Shown here: positions 40,772-55,924 of the stretch, in pieces
Numbering within the stretch: the first letter of the stretch is position 1
Layout of the letters: each line of letters starts with the position of its first letter
NCBI GenBank assembly: GCA_021613535.1
Contig: CP075495.1
Span: 5,146,001-5,210,000, forward strand
DNA from: Adineta vaga
Lineage: Eukaryota; Animalia; Rotifera
DNA length: 64,000 nt
Reading direction: 5' to 3'
The notes under the pieces: model-generated
Database searches by the model: none
What the model was told of the DNA's origin: nothing
The model's input: the letters and a program-made list of their open reading frames with translations, nothing else
Position numbers and translations under genes: made by a program

Positions 40772-43700
40772 TTAAGTTCTAGTTTTTTTTGTTTTCATCG
40801 GTGTTTGAACAATTTCTTTCAAACGTTTAATACCATTGGGTGTTTTAGCATACCAATTCTGTCAAATACGATTTAATGAAACGTTTGTTGTTGTTTTCAT
40901 TTATTTATTCTCTTACTTTTATTTTCTTTTCTTCATCGATAAACATAGGCGTTTTCAAACCAAATATAGGAATAAATTCCTTTGCTGTACAATAATTATT
41001 TACATATTTATTTTCATGTTTAATTTTAATCACTTTATAGATTGCTTCAAGAATCTGTCCAATTGTATAACCTTTTGATATGGATGCTAAAATACTCAAT
41101 TCGATATCAGTAATATTCATTTGATTCTTTTCAATTAGAATTTCATAACAAATTTCTATAGAAGAAGCAAACAAGACAAATCCTAAGGATCGATTCATTC
41201 GTGCATACTACGTCGAGAACCATAATTTGGTTTAGGAAAGAGTATAATATGTTCATAAATTTTTAATAATGGTTTTATTCGAGCTCGATATGGTTGTGAT
41301 GATAGGCCGATGCACATAATCCGCTCGCCAGGTTTGAGTTTTTTAATAAAACGTTGTAAAACACGTTTGAATCGTTTTGATTGATATTGTTTTTCTTGTG
41401 GTGTAAGTTTTTTTGAGAATAGTATTTCTGTATCACGAATCATACAAAGAATTGGCGATATTGTTGATGCAAGCTATAACGACGGATCAAAACTAACTGT
41501 GAGCAAGAACGAAAACAAACTCGTTTAATCATTGCAAAAAGGAGTTTAAGACCGTCCACTAAAAATAAAAAGAGAACTATTTTCATGTCAGAAAGCATGC
41601 GGTGCATCATATTATGGAGAAAAAGTGAATTTTAACTAATGCTACACCGGGAGACTATGAAGTAGAGTAAATGATGAACTAGTTCTTTACTTGTATTAAA
41701 AGATTTTACGAGATTGGCAGGTGATAGATCGAGTAGTAGACCACCTAGTTCATTACATGCAATGTGTACTAATAGTTCTTTTCCACTTCCATGTGGTCCA
41801 GTCAAAAGTATTGCTTTACGTGATGATAAATTCAAATGAACATTTTGTGAACCTATCTTTATAGAAGGCGAAAGAAGACAATCGAATTCTTGAAAAGATT
41901 CCTATTAATTTTGATTACAAAGAGGAAAAATGATTTGTAAGATGACTAATTGTTGACAGTCGAGTAAAGATGGCATGGGTTCTTTTTGATTATAACGTAT
42001 TGTTTCTGCTGAATATTGATAATCACCAATAAAATCATTTTGACGAACAGGTTTGGTTGGTAATATAATTCTTGTTTCGACAAGTTCTTCGAAAATTGAA
42101 TCAATTGTTCTATCATAAAAACTTTTATTCCTATTTAATTCAATGAAATCTAACACTGATTTACCTATTTGCAGCAAGATCTTTGACTTTTTTCTTTCGT
42201 CGCTTTTTCTTTTTTTTCTTTTTTAATTTTTTCATTACTTTATCTTCACTATTATCAATTGCTAATTTAAGATAAACTAATTCATTACGAAGAATAGTAT
42301 CCACATCATGTCGTAATTCATCTTCCACTGTTGGTCGAAACTGATCCATGAGTAACAATTGATCATATCGTTGTTCTCTATTATAAGATTCATCTCGTTT
42401 GTAGAATACATCTTTATAAATGCTTAATTGATTATTAATCAATGGAAGAAATTTTGATGATGCTAATTCATTCATATGTGATTTCTAAAGAGTAACAATA
42501 GTAGGGATGAATAAAAAATGCATTTCATTCTACTTGTTTTCTTGATTTCTTTTTCGACTTTTTAATTTGTTTTTTAGTCTCTTTTCGTTTAGATTTCTTA
42601 TTTTTTAACGCTTGTGCTTGCTACTAGAAGTATGCAATGAGAAAGAAAAGGAAAACGAACGTATGCATTTTATCAAACTTTAGTAACAAATTCTTGAATT
42701 TCAGCTATGGTCATATCTTTGAAAAGCATAACTGAACCGCTCGTCTCTTCAGATGGATAGATTGGAAATTGACCATAGAGTTGTCGTGATTCTAATAACC
42801 ATTGAATAAGAACATGTTCAATTCGTAATTTCATCTCTGTTTCTTCATATTGACGAAGTTTTTGTTTAATAGTATCTTCTGCATCATCAAATTCTTGTTG
42901 ATATTGCATCTGTACATCTCGTCTTTTTTTATCTCTATTATCGTCAACAAAATTATGATTCAATACATTTCTTTCAGGTAAAATCTGAACATAATGATAA
43001 TCTTTATGTATATGAATATACTTGAAATGAACATTTTCTCACCATGCCTAACAATTTCGCATGTTGAATTTTTTTTCTATGAAATAATTTTTCTGCATAT
43101 TTTTGTCTCCAGATAGTTTGAATGATTAAACAACTGTCATGAAGATTATCATCATTAATTACCTTTGTTTCAACTATTTTTAAATCTTTTTTCGTTCGCC
43201 GCATGAAGAATGCATGAATACGTCCTTGACGAGCACGTTCATGTGCTTGAATAACACGTACAGCATGAGCTAATGTAATTTCATCAATCTGATCAGATTT
43301 TATTGTTGTTGTTGTTGTTAAAGATTTTAAAGAAGATCTTCTCGATAGATGATCCGTTTTCGATTGATCCAATCGATTAAGTATTAATTTTATCATTTGA
43401 TTTCGTTGTTCAATCGTTTTAAAACGATCTTCTGAAAAATAACGAGGAATTTGGATACATAAATCATCCTACAAAAATCATATGTTTGACGAAAGAATAT
43501 CTTTTAACAATGTCTACTAAGGTTTTATTTTGATCAAGAGCAATATCTTCAAAATATGTATATTCACATCCATCGAATCTAATCATTTCTTGTTTTAATT
43601 CAATCAATCGTCCAACAATACCATCGAGTAATATTCTTAAAATTAAACGTTTTTGTGGATGTACTAATATGATATAGAATTCATCAAGTTTTTTCATCAA

Positions 43701-43850
43701 ATCATTATATTTAGTAAACAAATGACGCACATAGTTATTAGCTTGTCGTTTATTATTAAAACCTTTTGGGCCAGAAATTTCTTCTGTCATTAAACGTGAT
43801 ACTTCTTTTTGAGTACAAGTCCATAATGAGTGAATATGGTTTTGAGACAT
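40772..43850 (-). CDS. IQCA1: IQ- and AAA-domain protein (dynein regulatory complex DRC11)
   Basis: LVHPQKRLIL..LLDGIVGRLIELK; IQ motif VIQAHERARQGR; LTGPHGSGK P-loop; PKPNYGSR; KGYTIGQI; last exon NWYAKTP with TAA at 40772. Confidence 0.88.
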
Positions 43851-44513
43851 GGAATAAAATGAAAACTATGAAAAAAGCGCCATAAATAGATATCGATATA
43901 TATAACTTTTACGACAATTACAACAATGTAATTATATATTAAGCTCGAAAGATGATCGTTTTTTTAAAAGTTATTTCGATCAAGTAGCGAAAAATAAAAT
44001 CTTGACGTTTAAGCGAAAACAACCGAATGAATACTATAGAAGCTTCTATTTGATTGATAGATGAAGGCTAAATGAAAAACATCGATATTAGTTGTCATAT
44101 TTAATCATGCGCTAATGACGTTTAACGGAAAAATGAATTGTTCTTGATATAGTCGATTCTTTTTTGTTCATAATCAGAAAATATGTTATTTTTTCAGGAC
44201 TATTGTAATGTGATGAACGTAGGAACAGAAATATTCCAATGACTCGAACAAAAGAAAATATAACGATTTATAGGGTACGCCACAACATCCATCGTATTTA
44301 ATCTAAAGGCTTTCGGTTAGTGTTTTTTTCCGACCAATCATTTTTCTGTTGTTGATTATTCTGTCCTGTTCTGTTCTGTTTACATCTGTTACTCTACTTT
44401 ACTTACTTCATTGTGACTTAAGCATTCTCACGATTTATTTTAAAATATAATTTCTAGGACAATTCGTGAATGACCTTTTCATAAGTGATTTCATTTTATC
44501 TTTAGATTGAACA

Positions 44514-47500
44514 ATGAGTTCAGATGAGGTGCCTGGAAATGAGAATGGCGATGATAAACCTCCTGTGCCGACAACATCGGAGTATTATCGAACAGTATCA
44601 CAAGATTTACGTTATCTTGATGATGCTCTTACACATGCCATTGATCAATTAACCAAATTTAATAGTGAAACAATGTCTGATCTATCGCTCAAATATGAAT
44701 TAATACGAAATAATGAAGTAGACATTCTAGACATTCTTTCTTAAAAAAAACTTCCTTTCGATTTTCTTATGATAGAGTCGTGTTATTGGATTATTTGCTC
44801 GTCAATTAATATCAATACAAATGCAAAATTCGGCTGGTCAAACTAATAGATTTCATAGCGAATATCCTAAACTTGATCGATTTTTATCGGTTATCAATAT
44901 AAACAAAAAATCTATTGAAGTATGTATGAACGTTCTTGTTTAAGAAATCTTTTTTTAAGTTAACGATATATTTGTCCTTTTTTTAAGTACATTGTAAAGC
45001 GTATGACATTCGATGATCTGTTTAATGGAAAAGCGACAATACGTGAAAAAAGTTTATATGATGCTGGAACAACTGAAGCTGAACGTAAAGATTTTCGAAA
45101 TGCGTTCAGTGCACTCAAAGACTGTTTTGGTATGTCTTATATTTTGTAATTCATTTAGTCTGCATGTTTTATCCCATATATGATAGATTATTTTATGCAT
45201 GGTGGTACAAATGATCAAGGACGTTTCTATTGGCATACAGAGACTCCACCAGCAGCAGTGATGACACCTTATGCCATTCGTCAACATCGTTTGTCAGATA
45301 CAGGTAAAATTGAGAAAGATAGTTAAATATTTTCATCGAACTCTTTTCATTATTGCTCAGCTCTTTCAGTACCCCCTAGTACGAATTCAGAAAGATCCAC
45401 ATCTGTGTCTGCATCATTATCAACTGAATTTGGACCTGTAACAAATACAAATACTTCAACAACGATGACAACACCATCATCATCATCATCATCAGGCAAT
45501 TCCAGACGAAATTATCGTAGGATCATGTTTTTTTTAATAGCTAGATTGTGGAAGTTTTGTTTTGATCTGATAGCTTTACCTACACCACCAGTTACTCGTT
45601 CTACTCATTTATCTGTGAATGGAAAACGAAAATGTGAACATCCCAGTAAGAAAAGTTCAGTTGATCCATCAATCTTTACTAAGTATGAAGAAACAAATTG
45701 TTTCCTAATTCTAATGTTTTCTTTTTGCTTCATGAACTAGTGTAAATCCTCCGCGAACTATGGATTTGCAATTACCAGATGGTGGTTCATCATCTCGACG
45801 AAGTTCCTACGGCTCAGACACCGACAGTCGATTACCATCTGGTAAGTTTCATCTCACATAAGCATAGTAAAAACATCATGTATTCAACAGAATTTGAAAA
45901 ATTTTCAATGAAATTTTACAGATTATTCATTAATAATTTGAAATAAAACTTAACTTATATTCTTTTCGGTGCAAACCTGACTGAGACATTCTCCTACTAT
46001 CTAAAGGAAGTTTCTATAAATGAAAAATGAAAACATACTTATTCTAAGATATAATTAATAAGTCTTGTGTATAGAAGTAAAACAAGCATTCAGAACTAGA
46101 TACACTTGATGATCATTTTAGGAACGATACTATTTCTTATTCTATGGAAAAGAAAATCATTTTTTTTGTTATAATAGAAACTGAGTACAGTGTTTCTGAG
46201 AATGAAATATTCAATCTTTCTCATCGACTGGCAATGCGTAAAATTGCGATGAGAACCTTCGATAAATATTATTATTCTTCAAAATCATTCTCAATACCCA
46301 TAAATCAACAGATAACAACATCAAAATATGAACAAACGAGTGTAAATAATAATTCACAATTAAATTCATCTAATTCTACACATGATGAATATAAATTTGT
46401 CACAAATCTTACCAAAAAACATTTGTGGAGTAGATCTGCTTCTAAGGATGGTTAGCATATTCGTTTCTGCTTTATGCTCGATTTTAATTGCACAATGATT
46501 GAACTAACGCAATTACTGACCTCATTTCCGATTCATTTTTCTTTAATGGAAATGAAAAACTTTTCTTGCATTCATAGGAACAGCAACACCCAAATCACCA
46601 ACCATACGTTCACCAACAATGTCCGGTTCTCCAATGGGCTCAACACATAACAGTGATACAGAAAATGATCCTAAATCACCAGGTAATTAGTAGATACTTG
46701 ACATTTTCATATTGACTTCTAATTGTTAACAGATACTCCTCTCTATAATACACAATCACCCATTCTTCGTCATCGAATGGCACACAAAATTCAACATAAG
46801 TTCGTATTTCTTTGAAGAATAGTTTTTGTTTTGTGTTCATGTTCACACTCTTGCTCGCTTGGTTAATTCTTTCTCTCTTTTCGTTCTTATCTTATTCTTT
46901 AACATAATTAATCTCGGTGATGGTTATTATCAATGTTGTATTCATTGTTTAACATAACATTGTTTCGCATAATCATCAATAACAAAAAATAAACTTGTAT
47001 TCTTTTTCTTTCTATCTCATGATCAGATGGAGTAATCTTATGAAGTTATCGACGTGTAATGTATGTTCAAAAAAGATGTTCTTTCTCGGTACCAAATGCA
47101 ATGTTTGCAAGTAAGATATGTGAACAATCGTTGTCAATGTTTCCTCAATTGCCATGACTATTACTTTTTTCTCTCTCTCCCTCTTTCTGTACTTTCTATG
47201 CATTTATGTGAACAGAGCAAAATTTGAAGATAGTGAACTTAGAAAAATGAACATTTCTTGTTTTATTATTCTTCTAGGTTTGATAAAACACATGTATTCA
47301 GAGTTTCCTTATGTGATGTCTGTAGAAAACAATTGTTTCGAGGAAAAGCTTGTTTGCATTGCAAGTAAGATGCTTGAAATAAAAATTGACCCCATGTAAA
47401 ATAGAACTATAGACTGTCACTTTGAAAAAGCATGATTTATCTCGTCATGGAAGATGATTGCTGTGTTTTTGTTAATTTAAGATTTTCATTTATATAATTG

Positions 47501-50117
47501 ATCACTTATTTAATTCTTTTTTTCAAGGTACAAATGTCATAAAGAATGTGTTCAACAAGCTCCAGCTAATTGTGGTTTTAGTGAAAATCGATTAAAACGT
47601 GTTATCGATAATACTGATATTCAAAATGCTTTTGGTAAATACTTATCAATGTTTAATAAGTCTTACAAAGAATTCTTTTTTTTTCGATAGCTAATTCAAC
47701 TCCATTAACAAGAAAATATCATTTTACTCGTATGTTTCTTTCTTGCATTCAAATTTATATATTACGATGATGAATTTCTATTCTAGCATCGGATAGCATT
47801 AGTCCAACACCATCAACTCCAATATCAGCACCTGGTTCACCTGCACCACATCTATCAATTCCTGGATATCATTTCAATTCTCCACTATCAAATGGTAGTC
47901 CATCAATATGTGTCAGTGAATCAATATATTGTAGTAAGTTTCATTTTTGTAGAATGATAAATCTCAAGGGATTGAATGAATAATAATACTTGCATGATTC
48001 TAATTAAAAAAAGCACATTTCATTAATTTACAGCTTCAATATTGCAATCACCTATACTCGAATATTGTATCAGACTAAAGAAGAGTGTGTGTGAGTAATA
48101 ACAATCAAATGTCAATTCTTTATTTTTTTATTTTTCTGGTTACGAATTTATTATTTGATATAATTTATATGCTTTATAAAATGAAAATATGCAATGTTTT
48201 TTTCTTCTTCAGCTCAAAATGATCCTGATAGTTGGGTTGTCATAGAAACAAATTCTAAAACTGGATCAGGTAGGTAACACGAATATAGTCTATATCGTTG
48301 TCACTATATTATTTATTAAACAAATGAATATAAATTGGAAAACTTGTTTTAGAAATTCCGGAATCTCAATCCGATAGTGATACAAAGTATGTGAATCTTC
48401 AAATACACTCTATTTATTGTTCTTTTACATTCTGTTCTTTGATTTTCAGCTCAACAGCTCAAACTGATAGTGGAACAAATCTGACAGATTCAACGATAAC
48501 AACACCAACTGAACATCGGCCACAATTATTACAAGTAAATTACATTTAGTGATAATAATCAGAAGAAAAAAGCATACATTATTTGATTTGTTTGTAGAAA
48601 GACTTAAAACAATCTGTTCGGGAAGATTTTAAGTCCAAATTAACAATTTCTTTTGAAGATGATGTCGATGGAGATCCAAATAAACGAAGCATGGATGTAA
48701 GAATTCTTTTCTATTAATTCTAGGCTTATAATAATACATTCATTAATTAGCTACCTACTTCAATACAAGATTGGGTTATTGTTTTCAATAATATTAAAAT
48801 GATTGAAGAAGTTCGTCGATCATCGGGTTCATTGATGAAGTAAGAAAGAATGAATAGGATTATTGTATCGAACAATTAAACTTTATTTTTTTTCAGAGCA
48901 CATTGGCACTGAACTTGCTGTGCGAATTATAAAACCAAATCCGAAAATGAGCGAAGAAGAATTTTCTGAACAATTTAAAACTCAAGTAATTTCTTAGATT
49001 TCAAACAATTTAAATAGCTATGTTTTTTATTATTATTGTTTCAATAGATATTTCGTTTACGAAAAGTTCGACATGAACATTTGAATTTATATACAGGTGT
49101 TTGCAGTACGTATTCATCGTATTTCTTCAAATTTTCACAAATTCTTCATTTTTTTCATTTAGTCGAAAGTCCGAATTTTGCTATTGCTTCAAAGTAAATT
49201 TGTTTTTTTCTCTCTAAATTTTCGTTTTCTTCAAATGAATCATTTTTATTGAATTGTAGTTGGATTCGTGGTTCAACACTATATGAAATGATTCATATTC
49301 GTAATGATTCTATTCCATTCAATTTATCAGTTAATTATGCTGCACAAATAGCTCAAGCAATGAGTTATTTACATGAAAAATCAATTAATCATATGTCATT
49401 ACGTACAACTAATGTTTTTGTACAAAATAATCGTGTTGTTCTAACAGATTATGGTTTAGTACCGTTAAGTAAATGTTATCGATATCATGAACAGCCAGCT
49501 GTAATTGTTCCACGTGGATGGCTCAGTTATTTAGCACCTGAAATTATGCGTAAACTTGATCCACGAAAAGAACAAACACTGTTACAACATACACCTCAAA
49601 CAGATGTTTATGCTTTTGGGTAAAGAATCAATTGAAACAAATATGTTCACTTACGATGTGAAACAATTTGTATCTTTTAGAACGATTTGGTATGAACTTT
49701 TATTTCGTGAATTCCCATATGCTAAACAGCCAGCAGAATATATTATCTGGCGAGCAGGAAACTCGTTGAAACAACCATTGAGTAGTGTACATATCAGTAA
49801 AAATGCTAAAGTAAGTAGAAAAATATTGCTACTCATTTTTTTCATTCTCTTTAAAATTGAAATGTTTCTTAATCCATTGATTCTATCTTACCTACTGAAA
49901 TCTATTGTAATTGAAATTTAACAAAATCAATATGTATTCTTCTTCGTAATAGGATATTATCAATCAATGCTGGTCATATGTACCGGATGATCGTCCAGAT
50001 TTTGCCATGTTATGTAAATCTTTAAGTAAAATGCCTGGTAAACGATCATTAGTTCGATCTCCATCTACACCACTTCAATATCATGGACATCAAACATCAA
50101 CAAATCCATTTAAATAA
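44514..50117 (+). CDS. KSR: Kinase suppressor of Ras (N-terminal helical region, C1 domain, RAF-family pseudokinase); apparent frameshift at 48910
   Basis: C1 domain H..C..C..C..C..KCHKEC..AP.NC. Kinase QDWVI, HWH..LAVR, RKVRHEHL, AAQIAQAMSYLH, TDYG, PRGWLSYLAPEI, TDVYAFGTIWYEL, CWSY.PDDRPDF, RSPS.P. Confidence 0.85.
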
Positions 50118-50815
50118 GCAATTATTTACGTCTTAGTATCTTTGTTCATTTGCATTCCTCTCTATAACAAACAGGGATTTACAATCAGTATTTTATCTGT
50201 CATATTCTTTTTCTCTCGCTCTATTTAATTCTTTATATTGTACAAAAGGAATATTGCGTAAGAAAAAAGAAACTATTGTTACAGATGTGCAATATCAATA
50301 CAAATGTTTTTATTCTAATGAACTGATAACAACAAAATCGTTATATTTTTTTTTTCGAATTCTTGTTGTGAATATAAGTGACAATACTTTTATGCCTTGT
50401 GTTTTTTCAATAGTCATCTGTGCATGTACGTACTAAACATTGTATCAAAAGAAAAAGAAAATTTGATGAGCCATATTAATAATCATAAACAAAGAAATCT
50501 TTAAAAAACCAAACGAAAACTAATATTGTGTGCAGTTTTTCTCGAGCTATTCATCGGGTTTTTTTTTCTCTCTCTCTCTCTTCTTATTTTCGAACAGTTG
50601 TTATTTATCTGAATGTCTTTTAAATGAGTATAACTCGTATTGCTTCTGGTCTTTGTAAAAACAGTTAGACAGTGTTCTTTGTTTTCTAGCTTGTTTATTT
50701 CAATAAATATAAAAGATCGATGTGATCATCAACAAACAATACATTACATAAGACGCGTAGGTTAAACAAATTAAAATAATCTTGACTGTAAACCTAATAC
50801 ATAAATAAATACTGA

Positions 50816-52667
50816 TCAAAGTCGATGTACTTCAGGATAGACTATTGCTTCAGATGCTGGATTTAACGTAGTCGTTGATTCTTGGCTAGAATGATGATGA
50901 TGATGATGAGATGGATGAGAAAAAACATTCATTGAAATTGGATGTGTAGCAAGTTCATCATCAGCAGGATGAAAAACACGTTCGAAAAGAAATTCTTTAA
51001 ATCGTTTGGCATAAAAATCAGCTTCAACTATAGAACGCTCATCAACAGCATCACGATTTTCAACCGTTTGATATTGCCGTTGCATTACTTTACAGATATC
51101 AAATCTATAATAATAATCGAAAGAAAACTTGCATGTTTATAGAAACAAGAAATATTATTTTCAACTTACGTTTGTAATAAATCAATAATACCAAAAAATA
51201 AAAGAAGACGTTCACCTTTTTCATTTACTGCTGGAATACCTCTAGAAATAAATAGTTATTTGCAATTTCAAAAGATAACGGTAGTCGAATTCAACATCAA
51301 ATTTGAAATCAGTTTGCTATAATAATTTTCCATGTCCAATAAAATCATATATTAGACAGAATATGTGTTTTGACTAGTGACTATGACATTAAATACAATA
51401 GTTTGGAATTGAACTCACCCAAATTCTTTCGAATTTTCTGTATCATATGTTGAGATTTCTTTATAACCAAGACCTAATGTTTCAATCGGTTTTCTAAATT
51501 TCAATACTAATTTCGGTTTTTCTTCTTTATTTTTCTTATCATTTTGATCAATTTGTTGTGTCATTCCAATTAAGAATGTATCTCGAACAGTACCTAATAA
51601 AGATTCAATTGGACCGACACGTGTTGGTTTAACTTGATTATCAATATTATGTACAGCTAAAATGAAGATAATTATAAAAACAAAACTAATATAAAAATCT
51701 TACTTAAAAGTAATGAATAATCCATAATATTTAATTTTTCCAAGAAGTCTACATCACGTGTGAATACTTCTTTTAAATGGAAATAAACACTTTTTGGTAA
51801 TTTAAAACCATGTGGATGAATTTCACGAAAATCATTATCTTTAAATGTTGCAGATGACTTCATTTTTTCCGTTGCATTTGCGTCACGTCCATAGGATGAA
51901 CCTTTTAGATCATATTTTTCATGAATTTCAATATTTGTTGGAATAAAATTTGAAAATATAGCGAAACGTAATGTAAACGAATCGACAGTGATTCCTTTTT
52001 GTTGTGATAAATATGGTATATAACCAAAGCTACCAAATAATTTTGCAATAAATGTTCCTGGTGTTCGTTTGACATAGTTTAAATATTCATTTAGAAATTT
52101 TTGTTCAATAAATTTTGCATCGTAATCGCGAACAGTTTTGATTAAAAATGTCGAATCCGATGTAAGATAAAGAAGCGAACCAGAATTTGATGGATTAACA
52201 ATTTCCTTTAATTCACCTTGACATATATGTGCTTTTAATGTTGCTGGATCAATACCATATATATCCATTAATTCACGAAATATATCAAGTCCATAAGCTT
52301 CAATGTCAAAATCGGGTAAGGAATGTATTGGTGTAACACCACCACCTTTTGCTGGAAATTTTTCTCGTTGTATATAGTCCGATGACAGATGAGTTCTGTT
52401 CGATTGACGATCAAGAAAGTAGCCCATACCTTAGTAAAAAAAAGAAAAGTACTATTTTTCGAATAGAAATCATTTTTATTACATACCGATTTGAAGTGCA
52501 TGTCGAATATGTTCACTTTGTACGACACCAGATGAAATTAAAGTTTGTAATAATTTTTGTTTCGCTAGTGTACCAGTTGTATCCGTCATACTAGCAACAT
52601 GTTCTTGTACAGTTGACACTAGTGCACTGCCTTTTTCTTTTACAAATCCTAATATACCTTCAGCCAT
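50816..52667 (-). CDS. Phosphatidylinositol phosphate kinase (PIP5K type I-like, divergent)
   Basis: ALQIG, NPSNSGSLLYLTSD..FLIKT, KYDLKGSSYGR, TFKDNDF, IMDYSLLL, GIPAVNEKGERLLLFFGIIDLLQ, FYAKRF. Confidence 0.9.
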
Positions 52668-53280
52668 TTTATTTTGTTATTGATCGATAAGATAAATAAG
52701 ACGAACAGTTGACAGAATTAATATCTAAAACACCTATGAAATATTCTAATCAATAAATAAGGTCTTCTGTTTTTTTCTCTACACATGTCATACAGACATA
52801 GTTGTCAACATTACCATTCTAATTGTCTATGTTTCATATGGTATGTGTGATCGATTATAATGAATAACTTCATTGATTTGTCTGTAATTCTAGACGAAAT
52901 CAATAGGAAAAAATGAAATTGTAATCGAATAGTTTATTTCAAGTGGATGCAAGAAGGACGATATCTCAAGTTTCACGACTGTTGTTACAGAAAGAATACG
53001 ATCATTGAGTCTATCTTTATTTATTTATCAGCAGATGATCGTACATATGTGCCATTGTTATACACTCTAAGGTCACATTTTTTTCTAAATGAAAAACATT
53101 TATTTCGTCCGTGGAAGTTTTTTTTATTCTTTTTATGAATTCATATGTGATGAATAAGAAAAAAAATGATGTATTCATTGTGGAGGTATTGCTTAGTGAA
53201 CGAACGAAGTCATGGCTACCATTGTCTGAAATAATAGCAAAAAAAAAAGGAAAAGAACAAATCAGAAGAAAAGTTACTAG

Positions 53281-55334
<2,054 letters not shown>

Positions 55335-55924
55335 AAAGAAACTTTCATATCGAACTCGTTTTTTATTTCTTTGTTTGCACCTATAAAACAGTATGTACAA
55401 CTGAATTCTTTCTATACAATTTTTCTTTTGGTAATAGCAATTGATGCTCTAAACCGAATTTTTTTACACCTAGAATATCATTCTATTCGTTGAATAACTG
55501 TCTTTTTACTGTTTGTTTGTTCTCTGTAGTTCAGTTCTTGTTGTTGTTTTTATACAGAATATTGTAGTGCTTACAAGTTTTCATGTAGCTTGATCAGGAA
55601 TACATTGATGAATGGATGCTATTAATGTAACATGATTTTTTATTATTCTAAATTCATAAAACTAATTAGTATCAAAAGATTTCTTTATATTATTTGATAT
55701 GGAAAAGAACAGATCTATGTAAATGCAGTTAAGTATTTTTAATCGAATGAGAATGATGAAGAAGAGATCGACATCTATGGAAAATGATCTATCAAGTGAA
55801 TATCTAACCAATAGAGTTGATTGCTTTCTGCCAGCCAGCCAGTCAGTCAGTCAATAACTTTCTTCTCTTCTCTTCTCTTTTCACTTCATTCATTTCAACT
55901 ACGCATAATCAATAAGTAGATTAA

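Noticed and set aside
53180-53222. RFX X-box-like sequences upstream of the CCDC177-like gene
   Set aside because: Only partial half-site matches; not distinguishable from chance.
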